A stretch of DNA of 64,000 bases. Source: an uncultured Acidobacteriota bacterium. GTDB lineage: Bacteria; Acidobacteriota; UBA6911. A program made the translations under genes and the position numbers. The notes beneath the pieces are model-generated. The model searched no databases and was not told where the DNA came from. It was given only the letters and a program-made list of their open reading frames with translations. The stretch is taken from assembly GCA_963843575.1 (NCBI GenBank), contig CAWJKZ010000024.1:64001-128000 (forward strand), read 5' to 3'. Shown here in pieces: positions 34,847-43,875 of the stretch (its first letter is position 1; the number at the start of each line of letters is the position of its first letter).

Positions 34847-37186
34847 GTGAAGAATGGTTTTTTCGGGGCGGGCCTGATCCTTGCCTGCACCCTCAGCCTG
34901 GCCGGGTACCATCTCGCCGGTGCAGGCCGGTCGCCGCAGGGGTTGCTCGGCGCCATCACGATCGATTATCCGCTGGACGGTTCGCTCTTTCCCCCGGACA
35001 TGACGGCCCCGACCTTCCTCTGGCACGACGCCGTGGAGGAGGCGACGGTCTGGCGGGTCGAGGTGAGTGTAGACGGCCGCCCGCTCCCGTTCCGGATCCG
35101 TTCCCTGGGCGAGCGTATGACCGTTGGGGCGATCGACCCGCGGTGTGTCGGTCCCACCAACAGGCTCCCCACACTTAGCCCGGCCGAGGAGGCAGCCCAC
35201 ACCTGGACGCCGGACGGGTCAACCTGGGAGATCATCAAGCAGGCCTCGTCGGAGCGGGACGCTACCGTCACAATCACCGGCTACGCCGGCCAGGGAGCCG
35301 CTCGGGCGGTGTCGCGCGGCCGCGTCACCATCCGCACCTCCATCGACCCGGTCGGGGCGCCGATCTTCTACCGCGACGTGCCCTTGATGCCCTCCGAGCT
35401 CGAGAAGGGCGTCATCAAGCCGCTGGCCCCAAGGCTCCTCCCCTACATCGCCTGGCGCCTGCGCGATGTCGCGGAGCCGCGCAGCCGCGTGGTCATGGAG
35501 GGGATCCACACGTGCGCCAACTGCCACTCGTTCTCCCGGGACGGCAAGACGCTTGGACTGGATTTGGACGGGCCGCACAACGACAAGGGGCTGTACGCGA
35601 TCGTCTCCGTCGGACCCGAGATGTCCATCCGGAACAGCGACGTGATCTCGTGGAAGACTTTCCGCGACCAGACCGCAGCCGACAAGAGAATTGGCTTCAT
35701 GTCGCAGGTCTCGCCGGACGGCATGCACGTCGTGACGGCCACGGAGGTCGAATACTACGTCGCGAACTTCAAGGACTATCGTTTCCTCCAGGTCTTCTAT
35801 CCGACGCGCGGGATACTGGCGTACTACAGCCGGTCGGACGGGCGGATGCGGGCCCTGCCGGGGGCGGACGATCCCCGCTACGTGCAGGCCAACGCCGTCT
35901 GGAGCCCCGACGGCCGCTACCTGGTCTTCGCCCGGGCGGCCGCGTCGGATCCCTATCCCGCGGGGCGGCCGATGGCCGAGTATCCCAACGATCCCAACGA
36001 GGTGCCCATCCGCTACGACCTTTACCGGATCCCCTTCAACGATGGGCGGGGCGGCGTGCCGACCGCCATCGCGGGCGCATCGCACAACGGCATGAGCAAC
36101 TCGTTCCCGAAGATCTCGCCCGACGGCCGCTGGATCGTCTTCGTTCAGTGCCGCAACGGTCAGCTCATGCGTCCCGACGGCCAGCTCTTCATCGTGCCCG
36201 CCGACGGGGGCACGGCGCGCAGAATGCGCTGCAACACGCCGCTCATGAACTCGTGGCACAGTTTCTCCCCGAACGGCCGCTGGCTGGTTTTCTCCTCGAA
36301 AAGCCGCTCTCCCTACACCCAGATGTTCCTCACCCACATCGACGGGAATGGCGACGACAGCCCGGCCATCCTGGTCGAGAACACCACCGCAGCCAACCGG
36401 GCCGTGAATATCCCGGAGTTCGTCAACATACCGTCGGAGGGCATGCGGCGGATCGATGCGCCGGCCACCGAGTTCTACCGCCTCTACGACAGTGCCTGGG
36501 ATCTGACCGAGAAAGGCGAGATCGAGGCCGCGCTCGCCGAGTGGGGCAGGGCGCTGGCCCTCGATCCGGCCGATGCCAAGGCCCGGAACAACTTCGGAGC
36601 CCTGCTTTTGCGGGCGGGCCGGCTCGAACAGGCGGCGGATCAACTGCGGAGGGTAGTTGCGGCGAGACCGGAGTTCGTCAGCGCCCGCAACAATCTCGGG
36701 CTTGCTCTCTTCGAGGTCGGAAAAGTCGACGAGGCGATCGAACAGTGGTCGCAATCGCTGGAGCTGAACCCGGACTCTACGGAGGCCCGTCTCAACCTGG
36801 GGAACGCCTTTCTCGTGCGTGGCCGATTCGGGGAGGCAGCCGGGCAGTGGCTCGCCGCGCTCGCATTGGAGCCGAACCGGATCCCGGTCCTGAGTAACCT
36901 GGCGTGGATGCTGGCCACATGCCCCGATGCGCGCGCCCGGGACGGCCGCCAGGCGGTGGAGTATGCCGAGCGCGCCCTGAAGCTCTCCGGCGTGGAGGAT
37001 CCCTTGCTCCTGGACATCGCGGGCGCCGCCTACGCCGAGGCCGGACGGTTTGCCGAGGCTGCGCAAGCGGCCCGCCGCGGGCTCGCCGTCGCTGCCCGTC
37101 TCGCCGACCCGCAGCGCGCCGACGCGCTCAAGACCAGGCTCTCGCTTTACGAGCGACGAACGGCTTACCGCGACCCGAAACCGTAA
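34847..37186 (+). CDS. Secreted TolB-like (PD40) beta-propeller + TPR protein with a CxxCH motif
   Basis: Signal peptide, CANCH, repeated SPDG units, C-terminal TPRs; start approximate. Confidence 0.8.
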   Translation: MKNGFFGAGLILACTLSLAGYHLAGAGRSPQGLLGAITIDYPLDGSLFPPDMTAPTFLWHDAVEEATVWRVEVSVDGRPLPFRIRSLGERMTVGAIDPRCVGPTNRLPTLSPAEEAAHTWTPDGSTWEIIKQASSERDATVTITGYAGQGAARAVSRGRVTIRTSIDPVGAPIFYRDVPLMPSELEKGVIKPLAPRLLPYIAWRLRDVAEPRSRVVMEGIHTCANCHSFSRDGKTLGLDLDGPHNDKGLYAIVSVGPEMSIRNSDVISWKTFRDQTAADKRIGFMSQVSPDGMHVVTATEVEYYVANFKDYRFLQVFYPTRGILAYYSRSDGRMRALPGADDPRYVQANAVWSPDGRYLVFARAAASDPYPAGRPMAEYPNDPNEVPIRYDLYRIPFNDGRGGVPTAIAGASHNGMSNSFPKISPDGRWIVFVQCRNGQLMRPDGQLFIVPADGGTARRMRCNTPLMNSWHSFSPNGRWLVFSSKSRSPYTQMFLTHIDGNGDDSPAILVENTTAANRAVNIPEFVNIPSEGMRRIDAPATEFYRLYDSAWDLTEKGEIEAALAEWGRALALDPADAKARNNFGALLLRAGRLEQAADQLRRVVAARPEFVSARNNLGLALFEVGKVDEAIEQWSQSLELNPDSTEARLNLGNAFLVRGRFGEAAGQWLAALALEPNRIPVLSNLAWMLATCPDARARDGRQAVEYAERALKLSGVEDPLLLDIAGAAYAEAGRFAEAAQAARRGLAVAARLADPQRADALKTRLSLYERRTAYRDPKP

Positions 37187-37358
37187 CGTATTTTTCAGGA
37201 CGCGGATGCGCGCGGATTCCCACGGATCGACCTGGCGACGGGCCGCGGCCAATCCGCGTGAATCCGTTGGATCCGCGGAATCTGCGTTCTGTTTTGGCCT
37301 TTGTCTTTCATTGCCCGTGTTGTTCTGCGTGAATACGTCAGCGTACTTATGAGACTAA
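37186..37358. repeat. MITE-like repeat family B, copy 1 (left end eroded)
   Basis: About 90 bp near-identical to 46778-46870, plus shared right end TACGTCAGCGTA..ATGAGACT. Confidence 0.75.
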
Positions 37359-37978
37359 GGCTTCCCGCTGAGGTAAAGATGCCACAGGATTCGAGCCGCC
37401 ACGGCCCTCCAGGGGCGCCATCGCGCCCCGAGAGACTCCATCTCCGCCGGAGAGGGAAGCGCAGGGAGCCGCATCGCGCGCTGCGCCGCGGTCGCGAGGG
37501 CGAGGTCGCCGCGGGGCCAGACGTCCGGGCGCCTGAGCGCCATCAAAAGGTATATGTCGGCCGTCCACGGGCCTATGCCCTTGACCTTGACCAGTTCCGC
37601 CCGAACCTCGTCGTCGCTCCGCCGTCGAAGTTCGTGCAACCCGAGGCTGCCGGAAAGAATGGCCTGGGCGAGGTTGCGCCCGTACTCTGCCTTCTGACGG
37701 CTGAAGCCCGCCGCCCTCAGCGCCGGACCGTCCAGCTCGAGAAAGCCGGACGGCGTCAGTGGCGATGAAAGGGCGAGCAGCCGCCGGAAAGCGGCCCGCG
37801 CCGAGGCGAGCGAAACCTGCTGTTCGAGAATGATGCGCAGCAGCGACGGGAACCCGGGCCTGCGCGCCCAAAGCGGCGGAGGGCCGAGCTCGGAAACGAT
37901 GCTCCCGAAGGCGGGCTCCCGCGACATGAGATCCCGCACTCCCCGCCCAAGCGTCTCTGTCGTGAGCCCTGCCGTCAC
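37355..37978 (-). CDS. HhH-GPD DNA-3-methyladenine glycosylase (AlkA-like)
   Basis: IILEQQVS, VKGIGPWTA, DVWPRGDL, WRPWRAVAA..LW. Confidence 0.9.
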   Translation of the reverse strand: MTAGLTTETLGRGVRDLMSREPAFGSIVSELGPPPLWARRPGFPSLLRIILEQQVSLASARAAFRRLLALSSPLTPSGFLELDGPALRAAGFSRQKAEYGRNLAQAILSGSLGLHELRRRSDDEVRAELVKVKGIGPWTADIYLLMALRRPDVWPRGDLALATAAQRAMRLPALPSPAEMESLGARWRPWRAVAARILWHLYLSGKP

Positions 37979-38016
37979 GAGATCATTATACAGGGCCCGG
38001 GAGGGCGGCCGAGGCC

Positions 38017-39819
38017 TCACGGCCGGTTGACCACGGTGCGTCCCCACGCCGCCATGCGACGCACTGTAGGGGAGGTCTCGATCAGGTCGCGGAAGGTCAG
38101 GTCGAAACCGAGTTCCTGTGTCACGCGGGCCCGGATGCGTGCGGCGACGATGGAGTTGCCGCCCAGTTCGAGGAAATCGTCGTCCACGCCGACTGCCCCG
38201 ATGCCAAGTGCTTCGCCCCAGATGCCGGCAAGCGCCTGCTCCATCGGGCTCTGCGGCGCGGCGTAGGTGGTGTCGAGGTTCGGGCGTCCGGGAGGCGGGT
38301 CGGGGAGCGCGCCGCGGTGGATCTTCCCGTTGGGTGCCAGGGGCATGCGATCGACGAACACCCACGCCGCCGGGACCATGTAATCGGGAAGCAGCTTCTC
38401 GAGATGGCGCCGCAGCAGCGCAATGCCGGGACGGAATTCGGGATCGGCTACGATCCAGGCGACGAGGCGGGTCTGGCCGTCCGCGTCCGTCCGTCCCATC
38501 ACCACCGCGTCGCGCACCCCGGGGCACGAAGACAACGCGTATTCCACCTCTCCCAACTCGATCCGGTAACCGCGCACCTTGACCTGGAAATCCGTGCGGC
38601 CTAGGTGCGTCAGGCAACCGTCGGATCCCATGCGGCCAAGATCGCCCGTCAGAAAAAGCCGCCCCCCCTCGCCGTGCGGATCGGGGCGGAAGGCCTTGCC
38701 AGTGAGGTCGGGCCGCCGCCAGTACCCGGGCGAGAGGTAACGGCTGCGGGCCGCAATCTCACCGATCTCTCCGGTAGTCACTTCCGCCCCCTGCTCGTTA
38801 AGCAGCAGGACCTCGTAGTCGGGTGCCGCATAGCCGATCGGCACGGCGTGGCCCTCGACCGTGGTCTGCTTGCCGGCAAAGAACCAGCTGACGGTGCCGG
38901 TTTCGGAAGCGCCGAACCGGCTGACAAAGACGCAGCCGTCGGGGCAGAGCCGCCGGTAGGCCTCCCAGTCGCTCCGCCGGACCGGTTCGCCTCCAAGCAT
39001 GACCAGCCGAAGGTGCGGAAAGGGTGGGCGCCCGGCGGCTATTGGCTCGGCCAGCCGACGGAAGACCGTCGGCACGCACCAGAGTACGGTGATCCGGTCG
39101 TTCGCCAGCCATTCAGCCATGGCGTGGAAGCCCTCGCGGCGTACGTCGAAAGGATGCAGCGTCACGCCGCTCGACAGCGCCGCGAAAATCTGGTGTTGGG
39201 CAAAGTTGGCGCTGAACGAAAACACAAGCGACAACCGGTCCTCGGGGGTCAGACGTTGTGCCTCGATGTAGGTTTGCGCGTACCGCACGACGTTGCGACG
39301 GCTCTGGACGACGCCCTTCGGCCTGCCTGTGGAACCCGAGGTGTAGAGGATCCAGGCCGGAGTGTCCGGGGAGGGATCGGGGCGGCGCGGCCGCGGCGAC
39401 CTGCACGCCCCCTCTTCGATGGCTTCCCATTCGATAATCGGCAGAGGACGTGCGCTCCAGGCCTGCTGCACTGAGCGCCCCGCCTCGTCCGTTACGACTG
39501 CGGCGGCCGTGGAATCCTCAAGGAGAAACGCCCCGCGCTCCCGCGGCAGCCGCGGATCCAGCGGCACGAACGGTCGGCCCGACTTCAGCACGCCGAGGAG
39601 CGCGGCGATCGCCGGAACGCCGCCTTCGAGCAGGATCCCCACTGGTTCGTTCCCGGTGCCGAGCCGATCTGTCAGGACATCGGCGACCCGGTTGGCCAGG
39701 CAATCCAGTTCCCCGAAAGACGCGCGACGGCCGCTCGAGCTGACCGCGATGCGGTCGGGGTGCGCGCGGGCGCAGTCCTCGAACAACGTCACCGGCGAAG
39801 GGGAGTCCGGGCTGTGCAT
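38017..39819 (-). CDS. Stand-alone NRPS-type adenylation + carrier (A-T) didomain protein
   Basis: YTSGSTGRPKG, TGDLG, GRTDFQVKVRGYRIELGE, NGK; carrier motif DDFLELGGNS. Confidence 0.9.
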   Translation of the reverse strand: MHSPDSPSPVTLFEDCARAHPDRIAVSSSGRRASFGELDCLANRVADVLTDRLGTGNEPVGILLEGGVPAIAALLGVLKSGRPFVPLDPRLPRERGAFLLEDSTAAAVVTDEAGRSVQQAWSARPLPIIEWEAIEEGACRSPRPRRPDPSPDTPAWILYTSGSTGRPKGVVQSRRNVVRYAQTYIEAQRLTPEDRLSLVFSFSANFAQHQIFAALSSGVTLHPFDVRREGFHAMAEWLANDRITVLWCVPTVFRRLAEPIAAGRPPFPHLRLVMLGGEPVRRSDWEAYRRLCPDGCVFVSRFGASETGTVSWFFAGKQTTVEGHAVPIGYAAPDYEVLLLNEQGAEVTTGEIGEIAARSRYLSPGYWRRPDLTGKAFRPDPHGEGGRLFLTGDLGRMGSDGCLTHLGRTDFQVKVRGYRIELGEVEYALSSCPGVRDAVVMGRTDADGQTRLVAWIVADPEFRPGIALLRRHLEKLLPDYMVPAAWVFVDRMPLAPNGKIHRGALPDPPPGRPNLDTTYAAPQSPMEQALAGIWGEALGIGAVGVDDDFLELGGNSIVAARIRARVTQELGFDLTFRDLIETSPTVRRMAAWGRTVVNRP

Positions 39820-39899
39820 ATTCCGGCAGATCTGCTTGGGGGCCGGCTCGCCTCAGGGAATCAACGGATCTCCCGCTGGAGGCGGCGTCGTTGCCCTGA

Positions 39900-40421
39900 C
39901 TAGCCCTCGGCGCGGGGGGCAGCGGCAGGCTTTTTTGTGAACTTGCCGATCTCCTTGTCGAGCATGTACATCCCCCGTCCCTCGGTGCCGATCAGTTCGA
40001 TCAGGTCGAGGACCGAGCGGAACAGCATCTCCTCCTCATGCTGCTCCCCGACATACCACTGCAGGAAGCTGAAGGTCGAAAAGTCCCGCTCGTCCAGGCA
40101 GGCGCTGACGAGCTCGTTTATTTTCCTCGTGATAAAGATCTCGTGTTCGAGGATGGATTTGAACACTGCCCTGATCGACTCGAACTCTTGCGGCGGTTTG
40201 CGCACCTCCGGGACGATCGCCTGTGCGCCCGTATCCGCCACATACGCAAACAGCTTGCGCATGTGCCCCAGCTCCTCGTCGCTGTGCTGCCGCAGAAACG
40301 CGGCCGAGCCGCGCAGGCCTTTGAACCCGCACCACGAGCTCATCGCAAGGTACAGGTTCGCAGAGTAGTATTCATGGGAAATCTGCTCGGTGAGCAGGTT
40401 GAGTATTTTTTCGCTCAGCAT
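39900..40421 (-). CDS. ftnA: Non-heme ferritin
   Basis: EYYSANLYLAMS, EELGH, FLQWYVGEQHEEE. Confidence 0.95.
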   Translation of the reverse strand: MLSEKILNLLTEQISHEYYSANLYLAMSSWCGFKGLRGSAAFLRQHSDEELGHMRKLFAYVADTGAQAIVPEVRKPPQEFESIRAVFKSILEHEIFITRKINELVSACLDERDFSTFSFLQWYVGEQHEEEMLFRSVLDLIELIGTEGRGMYMLDKEIGKFTKKPAAAPRAEG

Positions 40422-40509
40422 CGGTCACACACTCCATGGAAATGATAATTCCGGCTCATTGACACGCATACGTTGTATCACAAACGGGGAAGAGAGCACC
40501 CTGCGAGAT

Positions 40510-40659
40510 TCGTGCGCCGACATGCGCCGAACGCTCGCCTTGTCGGCGCTTCCCTCGGCGTCCGTCGGCGTACCGGCCGCGGAACTCCTCTCGTACGCCG
40601 ACATGCGCCAACCCCGCTCACCTCGTCGGCACTTGCCTCGGCATCCGTCGGCGTACCGG
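40510..40659. repeat. Two tandem ~68 bp self-palindromic repeat units
   Basis: Each unit starts GT(G/A)CGCCGACATGCGCC and ends CCTCGGC(G/A)TCCGTCGGCGTACCGG. Confidence 0.75.
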
Positions 40660-40666
40660 AGTCTAA

Positions 40667-41926
40667 TCAGCGCAGGCTTTCGAGCAGGGCCGCCGACCGG
40701 CGGACCAGGATGTCCGCGGCAGCGGAACCGAAGCCGCTGCGCTCAACCTCGTAGCCCCCTTCCGGGTAGCGGTGCCCCGGGGGAAGATAGCCGGCCCACC
40801 CGTTGCAGATCGTGAGGACGAAGGTGTCCGGGTAAGGCGATGCGGCTTTGATGGCCAGCCCAACCTCGACGAGGGCCTCGCAGTCGAGGCCGACGAAAGC
40901 GACCTCGCCAATCCTGGCCGCGATGACCTCGACCGGTTTTGTCAGGTTGCCGGTCTTGGCCGGCAACCTGACTCGCGCGCGTGCCGAGCGGATCTCCCCT
41001 ACGGCTTTCACATTTATTCGGGCGCTCAACACCGCTCGGACCACCGCCGCGCCGAGGAGGTTCCCCTGGCGCACCGGTTCGCCGTCCAGTCCCGGGCCGT
41101 CGCCGAACCCGGCGACGACCGACGCGGGATCGATGTCGCCGGACGCGCCGGCGAATCCCCCGCTGACATGTCCCTGGCCGATCCGGCCTTCGGCGAACTG
41201 CTCCCCGATGCCGAAGATGTCGCCGCTCACCAGCGTGTTGGTGCTGCGCAGGGAGCGCGCATGGCAGGCGTAGGTGAACAGTGAGCCGGCAATCGGGCCG
41301 CTGCCGGTCACGATGGCGAGCGCCAGCACCTCGGGATCCGCCGGCCCCAGGGGATTCGGGGCCATCTCGACCCGGCCGTCGGGCATCGTCTTGCGGCGGT
41401 TGACGCCGACCGGCGAGCTGCTCCGGCCGACCGCGATCCGCGCAGGGGTCAGTGCCTTCAACGCGTGGCCCACCGCCTCGACGAGCCTGTCGCGCACGAC
41501 GGCGGTGTACGCGAAGTTGTTCGGGTGGGGGTAACTCCGGCTCAGCGAGAGCTGGGGACCGCTATGCGTGTGGACGGCGCACAGGAACAGCTCGTCCGGC
41601 CGGAGGCCAAATCGTACCTGGATCGCCTTCTGAAAGTAGGGCGCCGACATGAAATTGGCGAGGTCGCACGAGACCAGGACAATTCGCTTTCCTCCACACT
41701 CGAAGGCGAAGGCGCGGACATACAGGCGGTCGTGCACCCCGGTCGAGATCCGGTGGTCCGGATTCAGGTAGCCTTCGAGGGCGACGGGCTGGTCGGGCGT
41801 AATATCGACCTTGGCGGACCCCGCCCTCAGGCCGGCCGGTCCGGCAACGCCCTCCGGGGCCCGCGACGGCGCCAGGGCCGGCAGCAACAGCAGAGAGATG
41901 AAAATAGACACCCGCGGACGATTCAT
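40667..41926 (-). CDS. Secreted neutral/alkaline ceramidase-like amidohydrolase
   Basis: KVDITP, VHDRLYVRA, HTHSGP, YACHA, GASGD, GGYE. Confidence 0.82.
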   Translation of the reverse strand: MNRPRVSIFISLLLLPALAPSRAPEGVAGPAGLRAGSAKVDITPDQPVALEGYLNPDHRISTGVHDRLYVRAFAFECGGKRIVLVSCDLANFMSAPYFQKAIQVRFGLRPDELFLCAVHTHSGPQLSLSRSYPHPNNFAYTAVVRDRLVEAVGHALKALTPARIAVGRSSSPVGVNRRKTMPDGRVEMAPNPLGPADPEVLALAIVTGSGPIAGSLFTYACHARSLRSTNTLVSGDIFGIGEQFAEGRIGQGHVSGGFAGASGDIDPASVVAGFGDGPGLDGEPVRQGNLLGAAVVRAVLSARINVKAVGEIRSARARVRLPAKTGNLTKPVEVIAARIGEVAFVGLDCEALVEVGLAIKAASPYPDTFVLTICNGWAGYLPPGHRYPEGGYEVERSGFGSAAADILVRRSAALLESLR

Positions 41927-42057
41927 CGCGCAACCCGGAATTCGGATGGTATTCGGGCAGGATTCTACACCGGCCCGAGACCGGGCGCGCCCGCCGGGCA
42001 CGTTTTGTTTCGTTCGTGAAATCGGTGGCTGAAGTTGTTAGAATCACCCGCCCTTGC

Positions 42058-43875
42058 ATGACTACGAATCGACCGCACAACTACGACGAGGACAAGATCA
42101 AGTCTCTCTCGTCCCTGGAGCACATCCGCAAGCGCACCGGCATGTACATCGGACGCGTTGGGGACGGCTCCGACTACGATGACGGCATCTACATCCTGCT
42201 GAAGGAGGTAGTCGACAACGCGGTCGACGAATTCATCATGGGCTACGGCGACCGGGTGATTGTCACCGTGGATGAGCAGGGCGTCACGGTCCGGGACTAC
42301 GGGCGCGGCATCCCGCTGGGCAAGGTGGTCGAGTGCGTCTCCCGGATCAACACGGGCGCCAAGTACAGCGACGAAGTGTTCCAATTCAGTGTCGGGTTGA
42401 ACGGGATCGGTACGAAGGCCGTCAACGCGCTCTCGCAGCGCTTCACGGTGCGCAGCTTCCGTGACGGCGCCTTCGCCGGAGCGGTCTTCGAACGCGGCAG
42501 GCTGCGGCGGGAAGAGAAAGGCAGGTCGGCGGACGAACGGGACGGCACCCTGGTCAGTTTCGTCCCGGACCCCGAGATTTTTGGCCCCGTCGCCTTCACG
42601 GCGGACCACGTCGTGCGCCGGCTGCGGCTCTACTCGTTCCTGAACGCCGGCCTGCGCATCGAGTACAACGGGCGGGTGTTCGTTTCCCGCGACGGCCTGC
42701 TCGACCTGCTGCGCGACGAGGTGGGCGACGAGGCGCTCTACGCGCCGCTGCACCACAAATCCCGGACCATCGAGCTCGTCCTCACCCACACGCAGCGCTT
42801 CGACGAAACCTTCCTCTCTTTCGTCAACGGCCAGTACACGAGGGACGGCGGGGTGCATCTGAGCGCGTTTCGGGAGGGGCTCGTCAAGGGCTTCAACGAG
42901 TACTCGAAGGGGAGGTTCGAAGGGGACGACATTCGCGAAGGGATGGCCGGCGCCATTGCCGTCCGGCTGAAAGAGCCGGTCTTCGAATCCCAGACCAAGA
43001 GCAAGCTGGGCAACACGGAGCTGCGCGGCGAGCTGGTGGCGCAGGTCCGCGAGATCGTCGCCGACCTGTTGCACCGCAACCCGAAGGCTGCCGAGAAGGC
43101 TCTCGCCAAGATCGAAGAGACCGTGAAGCTGCGCAAGGAGCTCCAGTCCATCAAAAAGATGGCGCGCGAGCGGGCCCGGGCCACTTCCATCCGGGTGCCG
43201 CAGTTCAAGGATTGCAGGGTCCATTTCGACAAGCGCACCGGGCGCGGCGCCGAGTCGATGATCTTCATCACCGAGGGGCAGTCCGCCGCCGGCTCCATCG
43301 TCAGCTGCCGCGACGTCAATACCCAGGCGATCTTCACCATGCGCGGCAAGCCGCTGAACGTCTGCGATCTGCAGCGCGACGTGATGTACAAGAACGAGGA
43401 ACTCTACAACCTGATGCGCAGCCTCGATGTCGAAGACTCCGCCGAACGCCTGCGCTACAACCGGGTGATCCTGGCCACCGACGCCGACGTCGACGGCCTG
43501 CACATCCGCAACCTCCTGCTCACGTTCTTCCTGCGGTTTTTCGAGCCCGTCGTTCACGAAGGGCACGTCCACATCCTCGAGACGCCGCTCTTCCGGGTGC
43601 GCAACGCTAAAAAGACGGAGTACTGCTATTCCGAAACCGAACGGGACGCCGTCGTCAGGGAGCTGCGCGGGGCCGAGGTGACGCGCTTCAAGGGCCTGGG
43701 GGAGATCTCGCCGGGGGAATTCCGCTATTTCATCGGCCCCGCGATGCGCCTGACTCCCGTGCGGCTCGCCAACCGCCACGGCGTACCCGCCCTGCTCGGT
43801 TTCTACATGGGACGCAACACGCCCGAACGCCGCCAGTACATCCTGGACCACCTAGTCGTGGACGCCGAGCCATGA
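42058..43875 (+). CDS. parE: Type IIA topoisomerase B subunit (topoisomerase IV ParE-like)
   Basis: HIRKRTGMYIG, EVVDNAVDE, GLNGIG, EGQSA, ATDADVDG, RFKGLGE; short (about 605 aa). Confidence 0.88.
   Translation: MTTNRPHNYDEDKIKSLSSLEHIRKRTGMYIGRVGDGSDYDDGIYILLKEVVDNAVDEFIMGYGDRVIVTVDEQGVTVRDYGRGIPLGKVVECVSRINTGAKYSDEVFQFSVGLNGIGTKAVNALSQRFTVRSFRDGAFAGAVFERGRLRREEKGRSADERDGTLVSFVPDPEIFGPVAFTADHVVRRLRLYSFLNAGLRIEYNGRVFVSRDGLLDLLRDEVGDEALYAPLHHKSRTIELVLTHTQRFDETFLSFVNGQYTRDGGVHLSAFREGLVKGFNEYSKGRFEGDDIREGMAGAIAVRLKEPVFESQTKSKLGNTELRGELVAQVREIVADLLHRNPKAAEKALAKIEETVKLRKELQSIKKMARERARATSIRVPQFKDCRVHFDKRTGRGAESMIFITEGQSAAGSIVSCRDVNTQAIFTMRGKPLNVCDLQRDVMYKNEELYNLMRSLDVEDSAERLRYNRVILATDADVDGLHIRNLLLTFFLRFFEPVVHEGHVHILETPLFRVRNAKKTEYCYSETERDAVVRELRGAEVTRFKGLGEISPGEFRYFIGPAMRLTPVRLANRHGVPALLGFYMGRNTPERRQYILDHLVVDAEP

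Noticed and set aside
40510-40659. Direct repeats as a mini CRISPR array
   Set aside because: Only two diverged ~68 bp units with a 14 bp gap, and no cas genes.
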